Of a DNA stretch of 20,987 nucleotides, positions 9,361 through 20,082 are shown one piece after another. The notes beneath the pieces were generated by a model. That model had not been told where the DNA came from. It saw nothing but the letters and a program-made list of their open reading frames with translations, and searched no databases. A program made the translations under genes and the position numbers. Each line of letters begins with the position of its first letter. The first letter of the stretch is position 1. Source of the DNA: Macrostomum lignano (taxonomy: Eukaryota); NCBI GenBank assembly GCA_002269645.1, contig NIVC01005213.1, positions 1-20,987 of the forward strand, given 5' to 3'.

Positions 9361-11206
9361 GGCGCTGGTACATGCTCAGGAGTCAGTGCAATAGGTAGAC
9401 ATTCCTCACCTCTGGTTGTGGGGGACGATGTCGCTGAAGGCGGGTCATCAGATGTCGAACGCTTTCCTATTTATTATTTTTATACAGTTTTCTAGATGTA
9501 CTAAATGTACTTAATGTTGCAGAAGCAGGTTAAGAAATGGAACAGACTCTTGGCTTAATTTAGTACCTCTGGGATCTGTTTCAACTCACGAAGACAAAAC
9601 GATTTCGCAACTACTAAAAGGAGTCATGTTTCTTCTAAAATGTATTCATCTTTTATTTAGCAGAAAACTAATCTTTTTTGGAATGTGCATTATTTTTTAG
9701 AAGGTTGACTAATTTCATGATAGGCGATTATATTAACTCTTTTTAGAAGGGGTGCCTTTTACTGCTAAATAACGAAGGCCAGTACAGTTGCAATTAATAA
9801 ATACATAGTGACTTTTTCAACCTTGAACCCTCAGCTCGGAGAGGCGGCCTAACATGCAGCCATTTTCTACCTCATTAGAGAACTTTGGGGCATGGCAATA
9901 CCTTCGCTAAGTGCATTATCCATTCGGTTGTAAAACAAAGTAGAGCCAAACTGCAATGGTGCCGGGTTTCTGCGGGTCAGAGAACTGATTTTGCGGCTTC
10001 ATGATCCTGACAGTTGGCAAGGATCTGAAAGGGAGCCACGTACAGAGTTTCATACTGCCTCTGGGGCGGAACTAATTAGCATTTAGGCAGCTCCCTCCTT
10101 GTTGCCTTGAATGAACTTTTTCTAGTGCCGGTGGGAAGGGGAAGTGGAAACGGTGACTATGGGATCACATAATGAGGAGACAATGTCTTGTCAGTGACGG
10201 GATAATGGCAACCAAACAGTGAGTGGCAGAAACTTTCTGTGTGAGTGAATTGAAACTGGCAGTGAATGAAAGGGACAAGGAGTGACTCGAGAGTGACTGA
10301 ACAGTGAAAAGGGGTAACTGGACTGGCGGACTACTAACCAAAGGGTGGCTGAAAGACAAGGTGTGACTAGGAGAGTGGCTGAGCTACTGAGGTTTAAGAT
10401 ACGTGTCGGTCCTAGCAAGAATCGACGCAATACTCCATCAGACAAGATAAGTGTGAAACGTTCGCTTAACATTCGGGCTATTCTGCAGCCCTGCATACCC
10501 TGATCCACACAGCTTGTCAACAAGTACAGCATCCTGCGTTTCCCAATCTGTCTTGACTTACCGACGCGATAGACAAAGCACCCATGCGTCTTACAGCGGC
10601 CTACAGGTGATTTACGCTCCAAAAAATTGCGCCTTTCTATCACCGAGTTCAGGAAGCTCTAGACAATGAATTCGGAGAGGTAACTTTAAGCCATTGAAAC
10701 CACTTTTCTGATTCAAGCAGTAAAAACTTTTCACAAAAATTTCAAAAATCATTTTAAGAAACTTTTTTTTTGAAAATAGATCACTAAAACTTTACGAGTT
10801 ATGATTTTTTTTAAAGTTCTAATGAATTTATAGAACATTCTTTGTTAGTTTCGATGTTAATTCGATTCCATTGATGATGGACACGGTATCATAGCCGATG
10901 ACATCACAGAAAACTTCACAATCATGCGCCGCGAAATTTGACGCAAAAAAGTTATCAATAGGACATCCCTAAGGCTGTAGTGCAAAACATAATTTTTATT
11001 TATACGGCAAATCAAAAAAACGAATGTTTGTTTCATGTTTGTGGTGCGACGGACACAGTACAATGAGTAGCACCATTTAAAATAATTGAATATCATTTAT
11101 AGAAACAAAAATTTAGCTAATTCGCCACCATGATTACAGCATACGAAATTTTCGGATCACGTCATCACAGATGAGTTATAATGAACTATAGTTGGAAATT
11201 TGAAAT

Positions 11207-11475
11207 TTATGTGCCAGCGATCCAGGCTCGATTTCAAGTGCAGTCGCATTCATTTTGGGTTAAACTGGAATCTCGGCTTGGCTCTGCTCGTGCAATTACG
11301 AGCTAAGGGCCTTTAGGGCCAACTCCCAAAGAGACAGTGAAGTGTACATGCCTAACGATAAATAAAGCTAGGACCGCTGTACACTCCTGTGTGAGTGTGT
11401 GCCTGTGCGTATGACTGCGTACGTATCCGCGCGCTTGTGTGCCTGCTCAGGGGAGTCGGCGGAATGGGCAGTAAT
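11207..11475 (+). mobile_element. tRNA-derived SINE-like repeat, copy 1 (A-box region missing or degenerate)
   Basis: Two blocks align with 18155-18347. B-box-like GGCTCGATTTC at 11225-11235. A 42-bp block at 11433-11474 is identical to 18306-18347. Confidence 0.7.
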
Positions 11476-13587
11476 GCCTCTCTGTAGTTGTGCGACAATG
11501 TCGCTTAAAGTGCGCCATGGTGCACATATGCTAGCAAGCGGTTTGCAAGAATACGAGCGCCTATCAGGCAGGCAAGGGAGAAAGATAGAAAAGTGAGGCA
11601 GCTAAGGCAAAATATCGGACGCAGGGGATATCCGATTGCAACGAACACTCCCCATGCATTCCGTTTCAAAGAGGTGCAAAATCGCCAACCTCAGTTTCGT
11701 ACCATTTCTAATTATCGAGCGAGGATAAAAAAGTCTGGCAATTTTCCTCTGATCCTAATTCCTAATTCCCCTATCTAAAACGGGCATTTCTCCAATTTAT
11801 CCCTCTCGTGCCAACTTCCAGCGGGTTCCTGCTTAATACGCGTCAACGGGCCGCCAATGGCCACTCGGCTGTTTGGAATCCAATCCACCCCTTCACCGCC
11901 CTACCTGGGCCCGCTGTTAGCGGAACTCGCGGCGACCAAATGCTACCTGAGCCCCAGGCCCCCGGCCCTCTTATCTAGACTGCGCCGATGCTGACAGGGC
12001 CAGGGGAAGGACAGCAATTTTCAGAAATTTCGCTCACCAAATTCTTCTTCTAGAAGGCAAACTTTGCGGTGGTTTTTCGATTTCTCTGGTCGGCCTCTCT
12101 TCTGCTCTCCCCAGAGACTGAGAGCTCGAGAAGGGAAGGACGGAGAATAATCAGAAGCATAGCAACCTTTTCATTCTAGCAGTTCCTTGCTAATAGTTGC
12201 CGCTATAAGAAGCGTTGAATTTCTTTTCATCGGAGAGAAATTGAAGATTCTTGGAAAGCAGAAATTTTTCTGGCTCGATTTCATCTGCTTTTTTAGGTAA
12301 GGTTCGTTAAGATTATTGAAAATTGTGCTCCGATTCCATTTGTGTCCAGGTGGAAATTGACACCTAAACACTTTTTTGCTGTCGTTAAGTTTTTTTAACT
12401 TAGCCATAGTCTAGCTCGCAGTAAAGCATAGCAATGTCTGATGCCAAATCAGATCAAATCAGGACAAAAAATTAGTCGCTGCAACAATAAGGGACCTACG
12501 GTATTTTGGATGAGCCCCCCTTTGATTCCGACATAGCTATTGTCACTTTTGTCAGAATCAGGCTAATCCCGAACCGATTTCGCACCGAGCCGCTATGAAC
12601 TTTATCCAACCCGGAGGAATGTGACATTTTCTCACTGGCAGCGACCTCGCCGATTGTGGCATCCTTATTGCAGAACAGCATTGCAACTAACCAAAGAATT
12701 AAGCACTTCCCGCTCTTTCGCTGCAGTGTCCAACCTCTTTATCAGGCAGGCCTGTCGCTTTAGGCAGCAGGCCAAATCCAAGTCGTAAAATGGGCCTCGC
12801 CGTTTCACCTCTCGCAGGCTTTTGTCGTAGAACTAGCCCCAGTGCAATGTCGAAATGTCGCTGTAAACTGCAACTGAAGCTGCAAGGGGCACTCACTGGC
12901 TCCCATCTCCCTATTACTTTTCCTGTCCGTTTTATTCATTGATGAGCCGGCGGCTTTAAACTGCAGCAGAAGACGGCGGTACCTTTATTTTTGTTGCGTT
13001 AAATTGTTGCTATAGCGGTATCACCCTGTATGCACTAACAAAATGCTACGCCTTGGCACCCGATCGCTTGTGGCATTCCACTTCGGACAGGATAGAGAGG
13101 GTGTCAGAGCGAGAGGCTGGGAACCCCTCATCCCTGGGATAGCTTCATTTTTTATCTTCGCGCGAGGAATGCGATGTTGGTTAAAGACATGCGTTCTCCA
13201 CCACTCAGCCTATTCTATGTTGCTATGGGCTAGGGATCGTCTGATTGGGGCCAGTGCGCAGGTGAATAAATGGAATACCTGGAAGTTCCAGTTCTGATGC
13301 ATCTTCATTTATACTCTACCTGGCTAGTTAGACCCTGGTCATCGAACCTCACCGTCACACACCCCCAAAAAACACAGATACTTGCTTTTTATTACACTCA
13401 GGAAGTCGGCTACAACAGAATTCCTTGGATTTGAAGGAAGAACTACACTAAAAAAACAATAAGCCTGTTCTAGCATAGCGCCTCAGTATAAATCCGCTTT
13501 TGCTTACGCTTCTTGCCTTGCAGAATAGAAAATAATAAGGACGGAACTTAGCCAGTCGGAGGCCCTGGCAAGCTAGCAAGGCCTGTC

Positions 13588-15668
13588 ATGGACGATGACA
13601 AGTGAGTCAATCAAGAAGAACAATTGCTAAAACCAACTCGTGTAGCTTAACTAATTTAGCAACTTTCCCGTCATTTCGTTTCGCAGCTACTCCGACGAGG
13701 AAGTCGACAAACTACCAGCCCTGCCTCCAGGCACTCGGCATCCGAGGAAAACATCGGCTCTGCTGCCTTCTACTGCGGGCTTAGATGGAGACGAAGAGGT
13801 GAAGGTTGAACGGAGTAAAACTAAAACAACTAAGACAAATTTTAGTTTACTTTTGAGATGATTTTAATGATAGAAATCACACGATAATTTATGCTAAAAC
13901 AATTTGTCAGGGTGCCGTAGAACCTCAGAATTTGAACGTTCTTTTCAGAAGCTGCCCCCGAGTTTTTGTCTCAGAAGCTTTGATAGAGGTTCTTCTGAGT
14001 AGGTAGCTACTGAGTTGGTAGCTTCTGAGTTGGTAGCTTCTGAGTTGGTAGCTTCTGAGTTGGTAGCTTCTGAGTTGGTAGCTACTGAGTTGGTAGCTTC
14101 TGAGTTGGTAGCTTCTGAGTTGATATCTACTGAGTTGGTAGCTACTGAGTTGGTAGCTTCTGAGTTGGTAGCTACTGAGTTGGTAGCTTCTGAGTTGGTA
14201 GCTACTGAGTTGGTAGCTTCTGAGTTGGTAGCTTCTGAGTTGGTAGCTTCTGAGTTGGTAGCTTCTGAGTTGGTAGCTTCTGAGTTGGTAGCTTCTGAGT
14301 TGGTAGCTACTGAGTTGGTAGCTTCTGAGTTGGTAGCTTCTGAGTTGGTAGCTACTGAGTTGGTAGCTTCTGAGTTGGTAGCTTCTGATTTGGTAGCTTC
14401 TGAGTTGGTAGCTACTGAGTTGGTAGCTACTGAATTCGGTAGCTTCTGAGTTGGTAGCTTCTGAGTTGGAAGCTTCGGAGTTAGTGGTGTTAAGTTGTTT
14501 CTACGTTTCTGATTGACTATCTGACTACAGAATAGCTCTAAGCCTATTTGTTCATAAGCACCGTTTACTTGTAGCTAGTTTACAGTATGAAAATGCTTGA
14601 CATAAAGAATTTCGAGATTAGAAATAAAAACGGCTTTATTCAAAATGTATTTCTGAGAGCATATCGATCGCCACCAACTCATCCGATTCAAACTAAAAGG
14701 ACGATGGACCGGGCAGCCCGAAACGGCGCGCCTCTACGGGAATCAGGGACAAAATGGCCGAAGAGATCCAGGAGATGCAGAACATCCTCGAGGCCAGACG
14801 AATGTCGCAGATGAACCGGCGCCAGTCTCTGGCCGACCTCATCCCCGGCTTTCCGCAGTTGAGAGCAGCTGAAAAGAAGCGAGTGGTAAGCAATTCGTTC
14901 ATTTGGTCGAAGCAATTCGTACTTTGCAAGATCCAGCCAGTGTATTTCGATTAATATTTCTATGTTGAAAACATGAATGAAAGAAACCTTTCTTCGGTAG
15001 GGGTAGTTTTGGTGTTCCAAGTGTTGAATTTCATAGAATCAATACTTTTTTTTACTGAAATTGCCCCATTCATTTGCTATTTTTCTGACACCAGAAAACT
15101 CCTTACTATATTTGTGGCCTTAATGCATACACGAATTGACACCTGTGGATTCCGATTACACAAAATCTCAAAAATACCTGCGCAGGAGAAGGAGGGATTC
15201 AAGCAGGACATGGATGACGTCCAAGTTAAAGAAGGAACGCCAACTGCTCACTTCCGCTGCGTGTTCTCTAAGCCGGGTCAGAGGTTTCGCTGGATGAAGA
15301 ATAGGCTAGAGATTTTTCAAGGCCCAAAGTACAACTTCATCAAGCAAGTAAATTGCTTATTCTGCAGGTAGAGATGGAAGCACCATTTTGTTTAGTTTGC
15401 AAAACCCATTTTCAGCAACGGCTGCGAGTACATCCTTGAGATCAAGAGGGTCGGCATGGAAGACGCCGGTCTTTACACCTGCAAAATCAACGACGAAGTG
15501 TCAACAACGGCGGCATTAGACGTTGAAGAAAGTGAGAAGACATACAACTTCAACCAAAGGCTACTGGATACTACTCACGTCATCAGGGGCAAAGATTTGA
15601 ACTTGGAGTGCTCAGTGAACGATCCCAGAGCACACGTCACTTGGTACAGGAAAGGAGAGAAACTGGAT
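13588..15668 (+). CDS. Twitchin/projectin-like Ig-domain muscle protein, first five coding exons (241 aa, 3'-incomplete): join(13588..13601,13687..13798,14700..14885,15186..15343,15416..15668)
   Basis: The phase-consistent splice chain is aa|GTGAGT..CGCAG|c, gag|GTGAAG..AAAAG|gac, gtg|GTAAGC..CGCAG|gag, aa|GCAAGT..TTCAG|c, gat|GTAAGT. The ATG at 13588 has an upstream in-frame stop. The protein has RRQSLADLIPGFPQL (resembling the twitchin D1 phosphorylation motif), then an I-set Ig domain (FRCVFSK..FRWMKN..KYNFINNGCEYILEI..EDAGLYTC) and the start of a second (LECSVNDPRAHVTWYRKGEKL). The 14699 acceptor has a weak pyrimidine tract. Confidence 0.75.
13997..14484. repeat. 15-bp minisatellite (GAGTTGGTAGCT[T/A]CT) x about 32, in intron 2 of the twitchin-like gene
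   Basis: Exact 15-nt period from 13997 to 14431, one 16-nt unit at 14432, then two further units and a partial one. No spacers. Confidence 0.97.
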
Positions 15669-15949
15669 GTAAGTAAATTGTGTTTCAATTTAAAAGCAAT
15701 ATAGAAAGCATTATCAAAAATATCCAAACAGCACCTCTCTACATGTAGCTTATAATGTGTACGGTCAACTAGGTTTCTACAAAAGTACTTTAGTATTACA
15801 TCATTAAGAATTTTTATAATTGCGCTTGAAAATACGACAAATCTCATGCATACATGTACTAACAAAGCAGTCGGTAACAGGTTAATTATTGTATCACAAG
15901 AAACATGATTATAGTATTCGCGGTATTTAATGTTTGCAAAAACAGCAAA

Positions 15950-15955
15950 TTTATT
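15950..15955 (-). promoter_or_regulatory. Candidate polyadenylation signal AATAAA of the multi-Ubl gene
   Basis: TTTATT on the + strand, about 75 nt downstream of the stop codon at 16028-16030 on the - strand. Confidence 0.5.
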
Positions 15956-16027
15956 CACAAGAAACTAAGTTCAGCGGTCTCAGTGTGTCTCATTTTCTTG
16001 CTCGTTGTTATTGCAATTACAGCCTTT

Positions 16028-18821
16028 CTATTTCCGTTTCGCAGCTCCAATGTGACGCTTCTCTTCCTTAAGTAGCGTCTGAACTCCCTCGTCCTTCTCA
16101 AGCTGTTGGGGCCGGGCCACTTCGTACAGCTTCACTGGCGGCAGGCTGATGGCAACGCCGGCCCGCGGCGATTTGCGACCCAGTCGAAACGGCTTAGCCG
16201 TTGGCGGCGGCGGCCGCAACTTTTGCCAGTCAATCTCCGGCTTCTCGGCCGGATTGTCGATCAGCTCCTCCGTGATTTTGATTGGCTTAGCAGCTGGTCG
16301 CGACTCCGTGTAGCTGGGCTTAGTGACTAGCCACACCAGCAGCTGCTCCAGACTGTCCAATGTAGAAGTTGGCAACTCCCAAAGTGTGAAACGATCCCGT
16401 ACAAGAAACGTGAAGTCGTCGGAATTTAGTTCTAGGATGATTGTCTCAGCCTTGTAAACTACCTGAACAACAATGTACGGATCGATGGTCTCTTGAAAGA
16501 TGGCGCATCCGGGCCACAGTTCCAAATGGTCGAGTCGTTTGGCTCGGAAAATGTCCTCTCCAGCAAATATGTACTTGGCCTTTCCGTACTGAGGTGGGAA
16601 AGCCTCGTTTGCTTTAAGGTACAGGCGAGACACTTTACCAGTACATTGCACTTTGATAACTTTTTTATATCCACGAACGTTGACAACATCGATAGGGTAA
16701 TAGTGAGCGCAAACGTGCACATAAGAGTTGGCCTCGATCTCAGCATCGAGTAGAGTCGCTTCCTTTGGTATCAGCTTTCCTTTGTGATACAGATTGTACT
16801 TAGTCGGATCGTTGTAGCCCATGCGCTGAATCTCCAGCTGAAGATCGGTTACTTCGTGACGCATGTTGAGCCTGATCTGTTGAATTGCGCCCGAGCGCAT
16901 CACGATGTTGATCGGCATGTTTTTGGGAAACAGGTCACCCTTGCTCGAGAGCTTCAGTTCCACAACTTTTCCGTCCTCGCGTTCGTGAACACCGTCATAG
17001 GGATTTAGCGTCTTGCCCGGAATCTTAAGAATCATCATGTCAACTGGGATGCCCGTGAGTCCGTGCAGATTCATATAGCCAACTCCGTAGTGACCTTCGG
17101 CGTCACATTTTACGTACTCAACGCCCTCGGGGCAGTTTCTTACTTCCAACGTGACCTTGTGAGCCGACTCTGTCATTGAGACCACCAGATGCTCTGTCTG
17201 CTCTTCTAGCAGAATGCGATAGACGCCTTCGTCGAGACCGAAATAGTAATGACCCGGCGAGTGAAGCGTCAGAAACCGAGGCCTGATATAGTTTTCGACG
17301 ATGAAATACTCGCCTACGTACGGCGACATACAATTTTTAATCACCATGGTTAGGATATGTTGCGCGCTGGCAGTCTGGTCTATCTCGAGCTCATAGACCT
17401 TCTTCCAGAAGGTCGTCACTTTCACCCGCATGTAGCAGCCAGTTTGAAGAAACATGTTCACAATGCTGCCATCTCTTAGATCGTAGTGGAACAAGCGCTC
17501 GCTATTTTCCATACAGGATCCAGTAAACAGAAGATCAAACCTGTGCATCGGGTAGCACTTCCGCTGATAGATTTGCCTCTTTAGTTGGTGCACAGTCTCT
17601 AGAGGAGACGTAGACACCATTAGGTCGTTCATGCCTTTCAGCCGAACTCTGAGCACGAAGAGCGTTGGACAGCAAATCAAGAAAAGTTTGGTGTCGTGCT
17701 TTATGTGATCCGCTCTGAAGCGTTCGATTTGATTAGTTCCAACCAGCACGGCCAGAACTTCGATGTCGTTGCTAGTGTACGGTGCTCCCTTGGTTACCAT
17801 TTGTTTGATGTGCTCATAGTCAAAGTCGGAGCGCCATACGTGCAGGTAGATTCGACGCTCTTCCCACGTATAAAAAGTGGCGATGACTTTGCGCATAAAC
17901 TGCGGCGTCAGCGGCCTGACTTCGCCAGCCGCTTGCTTCTCCAGTTCGGTCAGCCAGTTATTCCGCTCGGGCATCAATTCATGTCGGCTCAGATCTATGG
18001 CTGGAGCTTTCTGGTCCTCTTTGATCGCCTTCAGCAGCTTGTGCGTTTCGCTCTGAAAAGGGATAGCGTCAATATGGGAATTATTTAGTGACTTATTTAG
18101 ACACTTGTGCTACATGTATATCTGGGGGGCGTAGCCTAGTGATCTAGTGGACTCTTATGCTCCAGCGGCCCAGGCTCGATTCCAAGTGCAGTCACCTTAA
18201 TTTGGGGCTGAAATGGAATCTCGACTTGGCTCTGCTCATGCAATTAACGCCATTGCATGCAAATTTAGCGTGGGCCTTTGCGTATGACTGTGTACGCATC
18301 TGCGAGCTTGTGTGCCTGCTCAGGGGAGTCGGCGGAATGGGCAGTAAGCCTGCTATTTTTGATCAAAATGTTAACCATTTAAGTTCTATAACTCTCGGTG
18401 AACGCATATACGAGCTACATGCAGTTGTCCAAATAAGCACAGAAATCGTCCAATTTTAACGCAAAAGTAACAAGTAGCGGTAGATGTTGTCTCTTGACAA
18501 GTGATTGTATCTTTCCCACCAGTTCCCCACCTGTCCAAATGGAACACAAAACAAGAAAAATAGAAGGTAAGCAAGATGTACTTTTATACTCACCTGAATA
18601 GCCTTACGCCTGTTCGCATAATGAATGTCCCAGCTAACAGGATCGGTGAACACCACCCCGTCCTGTTCCGGAGGCGGGGCACGAATTCGAACGAACTCTG
18701 TCGGATCCTTGTAGCGCTGTTTATAGTTGTCGTGCTCATCCCCTGACTCATATCTTTTCTTTCGTCGAATCTCCAGATTAATGTGCTTGTCCACCTTGCC
18801 CACGGCAGCTTTGCTGGCCAT
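16028..18821 (-). CDS. Protein with tandem divergent ubiquitin-like (beta-grasp) domains, about 750 aa: join(complement(18594..18821),complement(16028..18052))
   Basis: ATG at 18821 in context ACCACCATCATGG with an upstream in-frame stop. Donor CAG|GTGAGT at 18594/18593 and acceptor CCTTTTCAG|AGC at 18053/18052 are both phase 0. Clear Ubl modules at track-ORF aa 107-178 (ETVHQLKRQI..LLFTGSCME..LFHYDLRDGSIVNM), 354-425 (LYHKGKLI..TLLDAEIEANSYVHV) and 427-497 (YIFAGEDI..RLDHLELWPG). Confidence 0.75.
18124..18348 (+). mobile_element. tRNA-derived SINE-like repeat, copy 2, with an intact Pol III head, in the intron of the multi-Ubl gene
   Basis: GGGGGGCGTAGCCTAGTGA (A-box TAGCCTAGTGA at 18132-18142) and B-box-like GGCTCGATTCC at 18173-18183, at tRNA-like spacing. 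The body matches 11207-11475 but with a shorter middle segment. Confidence 0.75.
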
Positions 18822-18925
18822 GATGGTGGTTGATGGCTTAGTCAAGGTGGGAATTCTTCAGTTCGGTAGTTGGCTTGCCTTGTGCAAAGTTAGAGACTGC
18901 TCTTCTTTGAGTTGCTTTTCACTAG
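18822..18925 (-). other. 5' UTR part of the first coding exon of the multi-Ubl gene, with an upstream intron acceptor
   Basis: On the - strand: branch-like TCTAAC, pyrimidine tract and CAG| at 18926/18925. Candidate upstream donors AAG|GTGAGC (19095) and AAG|GTAACC (19152). Confidence 0.45.
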
Positions 18926-19998
18926 CTGTTTAAAAAGGCAAGCAAAGCTGTTAGACTTGGTGTGAGGTGCGCAAAAGCAGGAGGGTAAGAGATTCAAGTA
19001 GACCGTCTCACTTAAAAAATTGCTCATTCAAACTGTGCACTTGGAGCTCTGTGTGTGCGACAATGGCGTACACTCAGCCCAGAGCCACTGCTCACCTTCA
19101 AGCCTATCCAGTTGGTCAATCTTTGAGTGTAGCCCCACCCCTTGTTGGTTACCTTGGAGCGATCCGATGCTAGTGGGCATGCAGGGCAAAATATAGATCA
19201 CAATGAATGACTGCTGAAAATTCATTTACGACTGAGCTGATGGGAGTGGGAAATTTTAAGTGAATTTCCTGCACTTTTCACTGTAAATCCATGGTTTAGG
19301 GCTGATAGACCGAGACGCCTATGAGATTGTTTATATTCCAATTTATGCCTGAAAAATAGCGATAGATAACTGCGTCGATCCCATTTAAGTATATTTCGAA
19401 GTCCAAAAACTGGGCAAAAGTAATCACTCATCAAAATATACGGCTACATGCCAAGTATAGAGATTTAAATTCTTAAAACCCATCAAAAATCCATGCAGTT
19501 ACTCTTTCAATAGGCGAACAAATAAAAAGAGGGAAGCATGAAAAAGAAAGGCTACTGAGATAGATGTGACAGTTTCTGACCTCGAATTTTGGTAACTTCC
19601 AAGGTATGTACACGAAGAAATTTATTTAGTTATATTAATCACTTATTTTTATATCGATAAAATATCAAATACCAATAGGACCATTCATTAATATTCGTCT
19701 TTTATCTTCAATTATTATTCATTGGTAGGAAGAAAACACTGGCGTATAAATCGGTATGTATTGACGCAGTCACAACAGAGTGAACTGCAGTTGTCTGCTT
19801 GCCGAATGTCGAAGCTTGTAGAAGAGTTACGACTTTGACCACGCTTCGAATTCGGACCCTGGCAAATATGTGGCAGTATCCTGACAGAAAGGAACGGGGA
19901 TTGGGTAGAACTCGTACAAAGCAAACAACGGCTTTAGGTTTCAAGACGGGGAGGCTGTTTGTTCTTGCAGGTTTACTGCTCGCTTTGGGTCCCTACTT

Positions 19999-20002
<4 letters not shown>

Positions 20003-20080
<78 letters not shown>
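20003..20080. repeat. Perfect (TC)39 microsatellite
   Basis: 78 nt of uninterrupted TC seen directly. Confidence 0.98.

Positions 20081-20082
<2 letters not shown>

Noticed and set aside
8707-9736. Inverted 15-16-mer (TTAATAAATCGCCTA / TAGGCGATTATATTAA) flanking the RTE as DNA-transposon TIRs
   Set aside because: The match does not extend and no TSD is evident.
9815-9865. Minus-strand A-box/B-box-like pair (TGGCTGCATGTTAGG...GGGTTCAAGG)
   Set aside because: Both boxes are degenerate and there is no second copy to support a SINE or tRNA call.
10191-10643. 150-aa minus-strand ORF
   Set aside because: Non-ATG start, no recognisable motif, and half of it overlies the degenerate repeat tract.
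14015-14449. 144-aa (ELVAS/ELVAT)n ORF, or a CRISPR-like array
   Set aside because: It starts at TTG, is a by-product of a 15-bp unit and has no flanking splice sites. There are no spacers and the context is eukaryotic.
14973-15185. N-terminal part of ORF 14973-15371 as coding
   Set aside because: It lies in the phase-0 intron 14886-15185; only 15186-15343 is Ig-like.
18124-18195. Functional tRNA gene
   Set aside because: A and B boxes are present, but the acceptor and anticodon stems do not pair, and it continues into a repeat shared with 11207-11475.
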